Source: Priapulus caudatus (lineage: Eukaryota). Taken from it: a stretch of 64,000 nt of DNA. Below the pieces are notes generated by a model that had not been told where the DNA came from, did no database searches, and saw only the letters and a program-made list of their open reading frames with translations. Every line of letters starts with the position of its first letter. Position 1 is the first letter of the stretch. The DNA lies in the NCBI RefSeq assembly GCF_000485595.1, contig NW_014577076.1, positions 980,647 to 1,044,646 of the forward strand. The letters run 5' to 3'. The position numbers and the translations under genes are program-made. Of the stretch, positions 54,779-64,000 are shown one piece after another.

Positions 54779-56521
54779 TAATGGAGCTTAGCTTACTGAA
54801 TCAATCTTTACTTGGCACATGAGTGACTGTTTGATTCTGTTATCGCCGAATACTACTCGCTTCTTCTCAACGTATAGCAAATTACGTTTTTGATCGTGTG
54901 CGGCACTTGATTTGCACATCACTGGACGCATAAATTGCTAGCGGCAATCGGCATTTCAGAAAGTTGTGCAGTAAATGGTCAAATCAGTAAACAGTCTTCC
55001 ATGCAAGCGGACTACATGCCACCTCCATTTTCCTTCATAACTCCAGCAGACACACAGTCACACGTGATACACAGCACTCTTTCCACAGACACGTCTAATA
55101 TTACGTACATACACACACGCACACGCACATACACGCACCCCACCCTACACACACATGCACACACAGAAATGCACGCACATACACGCCACTCAATCCCGCC
55201 CGCCCACGCGAACCGCGACACACAACAACAGATTCACATAAAACACATATGTGCTTTGAAGCTATATATAATTCAGCTCACTGGGCCTAATTTTTGATAT
55301 TTTCATTGTCAGTCGATTTGTGAACATGATTAATAGCTGCATGTCAGTACTCTCCACGTCCACTTCGGATTTTCTTCCGATGTGAACCCATACAACAAGC
55401 CAAATTTAACAGAACTTATATACGCAACCCCAGTCGTCATTGTATGCATTGCTCCCTCTTCCAATTGGTATAATGTGGTGGAAACTCATATCGCTAACAT
55501 ATGCAAATAGCTTGGAGAGTGCCTTATTTTATTTGTAGATTACATAGAATAGGCCTACGTAACGTAAAGACGCTTCCCATTTATGTATGGTTACTTTGTA
55601 ATAATACCCCCACCTTTTGTTGCCCATATGCATCCATGCAGTATCTCCACTGAATTGCATCTAGGCTGTGCGACACCGTGTATTTGGTGACCCATCGTTT
55701 TTTGTCTCCTTTGCCTTGTGTCACTATACCAGTAATCTGTAAGTAAGTTGTTATTTTAATAATTCACATTTAATGATGTTTCGTTGTCCACTGTACAGAA
55801 ATAATGCGAAATCTGACCACAACATGACCGTTTTATAGCGACGTCTGAAAGACGCTACCAGCCGTAGTTTATGACATTTAAAAAATTACTTCATTTTAAT
55901 CACTTTATGACTCGCGGAGATTGCACTACTCACTGTGTAATTCAATTCTAGCATTTGCATGTCAGCATGTTTACGCGAACAAGCGTGATGTCACTCATTT
56001 AGATGTAGCTTCGCGCTTAACCTTTCATGTCAAACGTAAAATCTAGCAAGTGTTAATTATTTAACTGGTATTTGTTACACATTATATACATTGTAATTAT
56101 TATAAATAACCATAATTATGATTGATTTGATAATTATTAGTTGCACGAGAAAGCATCTTTAATCTTTGCGGGAACGGGGCTCTGCGATATCATTAACTTG
56201 TTATCGGAAGGTTATTCTCGCGCGTTTGAATATTTATAAGTCGAATACCTTCGACATGACACCTAAATCGATGAGCAACCATTCTGACGAGGCGTTGCCG
56301 CCAGCACACCACGCAAAGCCGTTTGGCAGGTACGGCCGTGCGTACTTCTCACGAGAATGTTTGTCAAGCTCTAACGCAGACGATGAGGAGGCGGCTATCT
56401 GCCAATCTTTAATGTAGCCAGTGGTCATTCCAAGAGAGCTGTCACACGTGCCGGAATACGTGTAACCCGGCAGGAGCGCCAGCAATGGCACCAGCAACGT
56501 CCAGATAACTCCTACCGTTAG
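37890..56521 (-). CDS. Discoidin (2x F5/8 type C) plus F-type-lectin-like domain protein (lactadherin/EDIL3-like annotation class); intact exons out of order in this assembly
   Basis: The logical order A 56249-56521, B 55614-55736, C 52801-52939, D 39142-39282, E 37890-38062, F 44420-44564, G0 41662-41709, G 41198-41434, H 40042-40307 gives one open frame of about 514 aa with matching phases. The initiator exon is uncertain. Confidence 0.8.
39142..39282 (-). CDS. Discoidin-domain gene exon D (start of FA58C domain 2)
   Basis: Acceptor ttttctag; ECDRVISLPPAVKVKASSTW...SCLPEDGHIFSSKSWCAKHNN; donor GTAAGT; phase 1-1. Confidence 0.88.
39313..39491. repeat. Compound trinucleotide repeats (GCA/GAA/CAA/GTA)
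   Basis: Direct reading; intronic, just upstream of exon D. Confidence 0.9.
40042..40307 (-). CDS. Discoidin-domain gene terminal coding exon H, intact copy
   Basis: DADHRFSDYLLNLEKIAVYV...C...LLLECGTPTRGRYVYLEG...LVLCEIQVY*; the GRYV...LCEVxVY ending is typical of the F-type lectin fold. Confidence 0.88.
41198..41434 (-). CDS. Discoidin-domain gene exon G, intact copy (N-half of F-type-lectin-like domain)
   Basis: VENLAQKRRTW...ALAVDGVLDTSLHMCAVLDN...FMIDLGRKHTVHGIVITTWQGMGQ; acceptor ttcag, donor GTATCA. Confidence 0.88.
41662..41709 (-). CDS. Discoidin-domain gene 48-nt linker exon G0, intact copy
   Basis: Acceptor tttgctttcag; GECVGNFMQVTQDTNC; donor GTAAGT; phase 1-1. Confidence 0.8.
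41794..42359. mobile_element. Palindromic MITE in the F-G0 intron
   Basis: TIRs AGCCGCGTTCACACG / CGTGTGAACGAGGCT; internal 27-bp perfect hairpin; 76-bp tandem duplication. Confidence 0.7.
42431..44320. mobile_element. PIF/Harbinger-like MITE with an internal (CACG/CA)-rich expansion
   Basis: TIRs RGGCCGGACACACTAGGCGATTT at both ends; TAA/TTA-like flanks; subterminal AGTCGCCCGAT repeats. Confidence 0.7.
44420..44564 (-). CDS. Discoidin-domain gene exon F, intact copy (end of FA58C domain 2)
   Basis: Acceptor gttacag; TFGGNSDKFLERRHYINEPFIARFIRLHPMQWMHHVSMRAGIIGCPHT; donor GTATCT. Confidence 0.9.
44650..44987. repeat. (TATC)n microsatellite
   Basis: Direct reading. Confidence 0.97.
45474..49679 (-). 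mobile_element. Decayed Academ-like DNA transposon with tandem subterminal repeats
   Basis: Starts TAGTGTAGCGGC and ends ..CTACTA. About three ~370-bp subterminal units at 45632-46540 have an inverted partial copy at about 49430-49570. Transposase-like remnants NFDHNEETVDGK (about 47680-47715) and HDHGRRRLIDVL on the minus strand. Confidence 0.6.
51349..51582. repeat. (GGT/GAT/GGC)n low-complexity repeat next to a 25-N gap (51324-51348)
   Basis: Direct reading. Confidence 0.92.
52801..52939 (-). CDS. Discoidin-domain gene exon C (end of FA58C domain 1; frame not in ORF track)
   Basis: Acceptor tatacag; VFHGNTDSFSARHHYLQEAMLARFVKIHVKHFHVHPCMRVELMGCR; donor GTAGGC (phase 1). Confidence 0.9.
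53234..53880. repeat. GT/GC-rich low-complexity tract with (GTTT)n and (GT)n
   Basis: Direct reading. Confidence 0.85.
54674..54782. repeat. (AAT)n microsatellite
   Basis: Direct reading. Confidence 0.97.
55614..55736 (-). CDS. Discoidin-domain gene exon B (not in ORF track)
   Basis: Acceptor ttacag; ITGIVTQGKGDKKRWVTKYTVSHSLDAIQWRYCMDAYGQQK; donor GTGGGG. Confidence 0.9.
56249..56521 (-). CDS. Discoidin-domain gene exon A (hydrophobic signal segment and start of FA58C domain 1)
   Basis: LTVGVIWTLLVPLLALLPGYTYSGTCDSSLGMTTGYIKDWQIAASS...AWCAGGNASSEWLLIDLG..SK; donor GTATTC. An in-frame ATG at 56566 could be the start if the acceptor is not used. Confidence 0.88.
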
Positions 56522-59500
56522 CTGATGACAAAAGAAATCCACACAAGACAGGTAGAAGAGCCGCATACGTGTAAATATTTCGACATAACGTTATTTTATC
56601 ATATTTTTATTATTTTTATTTATTGTCAGTTTTTATTTTATTATCATTATTGGTATTTTAATGGTTATAATTAACGGAGCGACATCCATGCTCTCCCAAC
56701 GATCACAGTAAGCCATAGCTATGATGCGGGTAATACGTATATATAACTATTTACTTCTATGTCTAACGTAGATTCACTCCACTGGTTATTATCGCCGGAA
56801 TATCTGAAAGTACTACACATTACATAAGGGACTAGACTAAAACTAGGTAATGTCAAAATCACCATGCGTCTAACACGAAAATTATTATCTTCTACATGAC
56901 CTTCAGTTGCTATCTTTTCTCGACAGTGTTGAAAGTGCATACGAACGCCAGCACGAGGTGCATGCACCTGACGACATTTAACTTAAACGTGTTGTTTGCG
57001 TGGACACAACTGTTACAAACGAAACGCGCATGACCGAGGACTTTTTGTATGTACTTCCAACCCGTTCCAGACAGCAACTCAACAGGTTATATCGGCGAGA
57101 ATATTCCTTTTCTATATGTCGCCTGTTTTATAGTGGAAGATCCGACAAGGGTGCGACTCTTATTATGTATGATTACCTTTAGACTGTGCACCACTACCTG
57201 CATTGTCCGCCATTCACAAATTATATGGTTCCTCATATCAATGGAGGCAATTTCCAGAATCAACGTTTATATATCGATGAATGTATGATGGTTTGTTATG
57301 CTGCACAACAATAGCTCTACCTTGGCTGTTCCAATTCATATGCAGTTCTGAGATCAGATCACACCGAAGATACAACATTACATTTGCTCGCAGGCTGCAA
57401 ATCACGGCAACGAATTTTGTAATGAGATCGTAAGGATCTATCTCTTTTGTATAATTTTTACTCGATTCTCGCCGAATTTTTCCGGACGCAATGGCGCGTT
57501 ATCATATCCTACGAAATTGCACCACGCACTACTGGTTCAAGTAGCATCAGTTCGAAAAGAAAGCAAAATGGTGTTCGTTTAAACTCTTCTCCACACCGAC
57601 TTCACTTGCAAGCTTCTACTACAACTTAAAAGCTCCCGCTCACGCACGCAGCACGCACACGTTTTCGATCTGCCAATGACATTCTCACAGCACCACGCTC
57701 ATATGTATGTTCGGCAGACCTCGCTTAAGCGATCGCACTGTGATAGGTTTTTCCCAAAATAGGCTGTACATCTCTGACCTCGAGGCGCTGATGTCACTCT
57801 TGAAAAATTACACATTTATGGCGTCGAAATACAGACGCAGACATCTATACGCCTGACGCTCACCGACACCGATCGCTACACACACAGCCCTGCTAATGTG
57901 GGAACTTTAGCGCGTTTAATTTTAATCGCAAACATTGACATTTCTTCGCGCATTTAAAGCCGACGTACGAATGATACCGAATCGAATTGGCGTTTGCTCT
58001 GCAGGGCATTAAAGAAAGGATTGACGGGCCGCGGTCGCACCCAGTTAACTAAAGTTTGCCCTCGAAACTTGATCTCATCGCGTGTGCACTTCATGTCGCC
58101 TGTTTGCAAACAGAATCTATGGCCGCCGGCGCTACGCGCGCACAATGAGAACGGCCGCGTAGTTATGCAACATCCATCGCGCGGCCCGACGCGATGCGTG
58201 ACGGAGTCTTCATGCCCTGTCGCCTCCGATCCATCACATTTACAGCGATATATCGTGAGTCAACCTCGACGCGCGGCACAGCAGCGGCTACCATTCCCTA
58301 AGCGTCCACATGGGGGACCTATCACATCTGTGACTCGTCGAAAGACGCGAGCGCGACCGTGTGTGAAATGTCGGCGTAAGGGTGCGTACAGCGGCGTTCA
58401 CCTCGCAGCGCGCGTGCATCTACACCTAATATCATCTTATAATCAGTGGAGGTGGACTCACGCAAATCAGAACCGTCTGTTATAATAAACGTGAACGAAG
58501 CTTCTATCGACTGCTTTTACATCGGCGCAGACTCTCGCAAACAAACACGGCGGTTTGTCGCGTTTGAAGAACGTGCAGACAAACAGTCTGCCGTTGTTGG
58601 TGTCTTGTTTTGATTTGTCTTGTCTTGTTTTACTTTCATTAGTTCTACTTTGTATAGTAGCTCTCATAACGAAAAGCCGCTCCGTGGAAGATCAAACTCA
58701 GACGCACGAAATGACGTTTAATTTGACGTTCTTTTACACACAAACACGCTCACGCACGTACGCGCCCTACATAATAACAACAATAATAATAATAAAAATA
58801 ATAGCGGTAATAATTTTCATGCATGTAGCGGTAAAGTTTAAAAAGCTAACCGTGCATGGGTTTCTCACGGCCCTGCAAGCAATATAGGCCACATATGCCG
58901 CACGCTCGGAGCGCAAGGCGTGATGTGGCGATGACAGACGCGTATACAGCGTGCGCGTTACGGCAAGGGAATTCGTTACACACGTGTACGAAATATCAGA
59001 ACGGTCCCATTTCTGCTCGCATCGTTACTCTGGAACCGCTGTTAGATCGTAGCCACGCCATTATATGGACTATTATCGCGTCTAATAATCGCAACATTTA
59101 CAACGCCATTTTGGTAGAGGTCGCGACGTCGGTGAATCTTGAACCACGCAAACGCGTGCGTGACTTTATATGTATTTTTATTATATGAATTATATGTTTG
59201 TTCCTCTCGCTTCGATCTGTTTGAAATATTAGAATTATATCATATTGGGAGATACGAATCATAAATACACATTTCACCACTGTGGTAGCTCCGCTATCAG
59301 CTGCAGGCTGGTGGATATACGATGTATAAAACGTGGTAACTGTAACGTAAACGAACACGGCGTTGTTATAATAAAAACACACAGTTCAATTAACTCAATC
59401 CCGGCAAAAAATAGGTATCGCACCGCCGGAATCAATCGCCTGGAAAAGCGACCGCAATACAGTATTTGCCAACGCTCCGCCCATCAAATGCGTCACATCG

Positions 59501-59539
59501 CTACGTAGCTGCGTGACGCTCGCTCTGTTAACCCTAGCT

Positions 59540-59704
59540 CCCTCGCTCGCCTATCTCTCACTCTTTCTCTTCCCCCCCCCCTTCTCTCCCTCTCTCTCTC
59601 TCTCGCGCGCTCTTTTTTTTCACTAGATCTTTCTCTTTTGCTTTCTCTCGCTATCTCTCTCTTCTCTCTTTTTTTTCTCTGTCTCTCGCTCTCTCTCGCT
59701 CGCG

Positions 59705-59760
<56 letters not shown>

Positions 59761-60022
59761 GTCTGTCCGTCTGTATGTCTGTCTCTCCCCATTTCTCTCT
59801 CTCCTTCTTGCTCTCATTTTCGTTCTTTCTTTCGCTATCTTTCTCTCTCTCCGCGGTCTCGTCTTCTCCGGGGGCGTCGCGGCGCGTCCGCGTGTGCCGT
59901 GCGTGCGGCGCTCTATCTCTCTCTCTCGTCTCTGGGGTCTCTCCTCTCTTCCCTGTCTCTCGTCTCTCTCTCTCTCTCTCTCTCTCTGGCTGTCTCTCCC
60001 TATTTCTCTCTTTCACTCTCTC
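59540..60022. repeat. (CT)n polypyrimidine tract
   Basis: Direct reading. Confidence 0.95.
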
Positions 60023-61021
60023 AAACCCCCAGCAGAGATTGATTAGAGAGAATTGATGTTATCTGATTGATAATTTATTTATTTATTTATTGATTAAAAA
60101 AAAACATTGCCTACGTAACTATATTACGCAATTATATATATATATATAGCCCTACCGGTAGTAACTAGTAAGGCGGATAAGCACTTGGATTGTGCGTTTT
60201 TGGTTATAATTGTGAAACATTGCACACGCGTACTACACGAGGTCTTGAATAATATAGAATGTAGTTATTTGTAGGATGGTTATATACACCATTCGGTTGA
60301 TGTCATGAGATTTCTACATTATTTTCTAAGTCTATGTATCTATATAATTAGTTTTTGGGTGTTGGAAATAACAGTGTACACACATAGTTTGAACAAATTC
60401 GCCGTCGAATTTAAAGTAGACGTAAGCTACACCTGCGGCTATTTCCATACATGCTCGGTAATCGGGACATCTTTGAACTCGAATCGTAGTTCATCTTTAC
60501 TTAAAATGCATAGGAGAAGGGTGCTAAACTGTACCTTGCTAAAAGATTTCATACAAAAATTGCTTCAGATCCCACAACACATTACAGAAAAAAGTATCCT
60601 TTAGTAAATTTAAACAAAATTTAGTTTAAAGAATGTTTAATTTAAAAAGAGGCTAATAAATCAGTATTATTAATTACCAATTTAACTGACGGAACATCGC
60701 GATAAATAATTTGTTAATAAGTTGTTTGTCCTATTAATTGTTATATACATGGATGTATTTCTGCATTGATTCATAATAACAAAACAAAAATAATTATTGA
60801 ATATTACACAAAGCCGTTTGAAATCAATACTTTTATACTATATATTTTTTTTATTATATTGTATAAAAATATATTGATTTTAAATGGCTTGGTGTAATAT
60901 TTAATAGTTACATTTGTTGTTTTTTTGTACGTGAATTCTGATAACAACGCACCGGTTATGCCATAGAAATATTATAAAGACACCCTATAGAGCCTACCTA
61001 TATTATTTCTATGGGTTATAC

Positions 61022-61408
61022 CATAGATATAATATTATACAACATGTGTATGGCAGGGCCGTAGCCAGAGGTAAATTTTGTAGGAGGCAAATGTTGTGAG
61101 TTAAAGAACAAGCTAGGAGCGAAGCGAGCCAATAGGGCGTGGGGTATGGGGCCCGCTTAAGGGCCCCAGAAGCCAACGGTTATATGGTTCTCTGTGGTGC
61201 ATTCTCTGCATATATTACATCTAAATTTCTATTTTAGCTGGGGGACTACAGGTTCAATAATGTGGTTAATAATTTTGGTTTCTCGTGATTTTTTTTTGAG
61301 AAATTTTGTAGGAGGCATTTGCCTCCTATTGCCTAGCTAATGGTAGCTATAGGGCCCTGCATGAGTTGTGTGTCACTGTGTATGGTACATGTTTTGTATA
61401 TATCTATG
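61022..61408. mobile_element. P-element-like MITE (CATAGA...TCTATG) with a 7-bp TSD, carrying a nested MITE
   Basis: gttatac|CATAGATATA ... TATATCTATG|gttatac. Confidence 0.65.
61054..61359. mobile_element. Nested MITE (CAGGGCCGTAGC...GCTATAGGGCCCTG)
   Basis: Imperfect TIRs; internal direct repeat aaattttgtaggaggca near both ends. Confidence 0.65.
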
Positions 61409-61662
61409 GTTATACAATGGTCATGCGAGTACATCGATAGGTCCATATCACCAAGAGCGAAATAAATGAATCGAATAAGCGAAGTAAGAGCTAATTATAA
61501 ACATTCTTAATAATAATACGCTCTTGGTATCACTGATCTATAAATACCAACTATGCGTCCATATACTATAGATCACTATAATACATGTACAGCATTTCAG
61601 TTTTTAGTCATGACATGTCAATAGATGGCGTTGATGATTATTTTGCTGCCATACTAAATTAA

Positions 61663-61729
61663 ATGGATCGTCTAGATCAAAATGTACCTATAAAACTTCC
61701 ATTATATGAACTTGCTCAAAATACCAGAG
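61663..61729 (+). CDS. JMJD7: JMJD7 coding exon 1
   Basis: ATG preceded by an in-frame stop; MDRLDQNVPIKLPLYELAQNTR; donor GTAAAT in phase 1, which fits exon 2. Confidence 0.75.
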
Positions 61730-63812
61730 GTAAATATTACAAGAAGTACAAATAATTATAGAGATAGTCGCTGTTATATAATCAAGGTTAATGTTAAGAA
61801 TACGACTATGAATGCGCATCAGAAACAAGCACATTTGGCCTGGCTCAGTGTGGCTCATAGCCTAGCTCTAGTACTATAGCTCGCGTACAGTTGGCGCAGG
61901 CCCTGCGGCAACTGTACGCGGGCTATAGTACTAGAGCTACTCATAGCCAGGGTCATAGCCTAGCCCTAGGGTCGGTACAGGGTCTATGTTCCCCAGCCTC
62001 CAGGGTACTATCGGAGGGGGCGCAAATCCACTTTAAGCACCTTAGGTATCACGAAGTTATGCACAGATTTCTGTGTATCATCAACTGATGCACAGACTTT
62101 CCGTGGGGTCATCCCTATAGACCGAAGGTCTGATAGACCGAAGGTCTGATAGACCGAATATTGCAAAGGGTTAGAGTTAGGGTTAAGGTTAGGGTTTATA
62201 GTGGCATATCAGTGGATGTGCGGCATATTCACGTTCGAATACGGCATCAGTGGATGTCCGGATGCGTAGCCTGGAGGCTAGGCGACCGATTCCGGACGTG
62301 TAGCCACTGCGGAACGTACCCTGGTAACTATCTGATATGGTTAGGGAGTAGGCGTAGGCGACTCCCTAGACTCGTTAGTGGAGTAGGCAAGGTACGGTCT
62401 GGCATATTAGATAGTTACCAGGGTACGTTCCGATATATCGAACCATACCCAGGGTACCCTCTGATAGTACCCTGGAAGACATAGACCCTATCAGCCTCAG
62501 TGGCCAGTGCCGTGGCTGTGCCATGCACTGGCCCATGGCTGAGCCTGTGGTGGTGGCTGGTGGCGCACTGGTGAATGACTGAGATTAGCTCGATTCCCGA
62601 GGGGGGGTGGGCACTTGCTATATATTACATGGTTGGTATGTGGCGCGGTTAGGACACCCCTTTTCACCTCAAAATTTCCGCCCTGGAGACCCCCTTTTCA
62701 CATAGTGACATATTTCCGGTCCCGGAGCATAGGTCCAACTTTTTCTCTGCACCGGAGACCCCCCCTTTTCACATATTTCAGAGGGTGTCAGGCCTATACA
62801 ACATGAAACAGTTGTAGAGCCTAGTTGGGCTAGGTTTAGTCTTAGATTACGGGTAGGCATACCACAACTTGTGGCGCAAGCCCATCATTACTGCGGCACA
62901 AGACGACTCTAGATATTAGTTCGTCGCTAATATGACATGAGCAGTTTTCTCTGATAATAAATTTAGGGACCCATATGTCACATCTATGCGGATCATGCGG
63001 TGGGTATGTTATCAACCACCTAATTACAATAATTTTGCTTTGCAGAGCTTTATTTGCCAACTGATGTCCAAACACTGGATAAGCCACCTTCACCTCTTGT
63101 ATTCCTCAGAGATTGGGTGAACAGAAATGTCCCCTTTAAGGTGCATGATGCTTGTAAACATTGGCCAGCATTCAGTAAATGGAATCCTGATTATTTTAGG
63201 TACTAGGTTTATTGTGCTACTATCGTAACAATGTAATATATGAACAGAATATATACGTGTGTATCATATATGTTACATAATTATCAAAATCATTAATATG
63301 TCTTCAATGGTAGGCCCTATCATTGAGCTTTTCACTCAGTAAAGCAAATACATCCAATTTCACTGTAGAGTGCGTGTAAACATCCTATTATCATGAACAT
63401 GACACATGAACTTCCAGTCTATCTTGCTCTATTGTGATTATGTATGGGGAAATGATTAGACACAATGGTTGTTCAGTATCTATGATGTTAAGATCCTTTG
63501 TCCTATGAATCTAATAATGATTTCTCAATAAAACACTAAGAGGTATCATTTTTTATAGGTCAATGTTCAGCGACAAGGAGTTGTCTGTCGCTGTGACACC
63601 AAATGGATATGCAGATGCTGTTTTAGGAAATAACTTTGTCATGCCAGAAGAAAGGAAAATGGCGTTTTCCCATTTTCTCGACATTATTGACAAGAAGGTA
63701 GAGGCAAATGGTGTCTTTTACATCCAAAAGCAGAACTCGAATTTGACTGAGGAGTTTCCGGAGCTACTTGGTGATGTGGATGCTGATATAGGATGGGCCA
63801 CTGAAGCCTTTG
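61663..63812 (+). CDS. JMJD7: JmjC domain-containing protein 7 (bifunctional peptidase / lysyl hydroxylase), first three coding exons; continues beyond the window
   Basis: Exons 61663-61729, 63046-63199, 63559-63812: MDRL...TRE|LYLPTDVQTLDKPPSPLVFLRDWVNRNVP...HWPAFSKW..DYFR|...VAVTPNGYADAV..FVMPEER..YIQKQNSNL..WATEAFG. Confidence 0.93.
63046..63199 (+). CDS. JMJD7: JMJD7 coding exon 2 (not in ORF track)
   Basis: Acceptor ttttgctttgcag; LDKPPSPLVFLRDWV and HWPAFSKW motifs; donor GTACTA. Confidence 0.92.
63559..63812 (+). CDS. JMJD7: JMJD7 coding exon 3
   Basis: Acceptor tttttatag; SVAVTPNGYADAV and YIQKQNSNL motifs; donor GTATGA. Confidence 0.95.
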
Positions 63813-64000
63813 GTATGAAAGCAAGTAATCCATAAGCATTTGTTGGTAAGCAGTATAATTTCCAAACAGCTAGATATTGTTGTTGGAGTTAAAATGATAA
63901 TGTTTTATCTGCTATCACATATGTGTCAAGGGTAGCAATGCCATCAATTTATTAAATAAAATGGTTGATTATTTACATTATGCTCATGATGCTTATTACG

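Noticed and set aside
57994..58485. 163-aa plus-strand ORF
   Set aside because: Non-ATG start and no recognisable motifs; more likely GC-richer promoter or UTR sequence of the discoidin gene.
59493..60056. ER-rich or SL-rich ORFs
   Set aside because: Translations of the (CT)n tract.

Overview
Intron-rich, microsatellite-rich invertebrate animal DNA; most ORFs in the supplied track are simple-repeat noise. Three spliced genes can be rebuilt by hand from GT-AG junctions with consistent phases. (1) Minus strand, 17560->2485: a 7-exon gene for the extracellular ANF-receptor-type domain of a Gyc32E/Gyc76C-like receptor guanylate cyclase. It hits a stop codon where the transmembrane helix should start, so it may be a secreted ectodomain-only protein. 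(2) Minus strand, about 56521->37890: a protein with two F5/8 type C (discoidin) domains plus a C-terminal F-type-lectin-like domain. Its intact exons lie out of order, and indel-riddled extra copies of the 3' exons sit at 27.5-37.5 kb. This is most likely mis-ordering plus raw long-read gap filling. (3) Plus strand, from 61663: the first three coding exons of JMJD7. Between and within the genes are a 30-bp G-rich E-box-containing minisatellite, two decayed Academ-type DNA transposons, a non-autonomous Helitron, CR1/L2-type LINE and Penelope RT fragments, several MITEs (some nested) and four N gaps. No rRNA, tRNA or CRISPR array was found.
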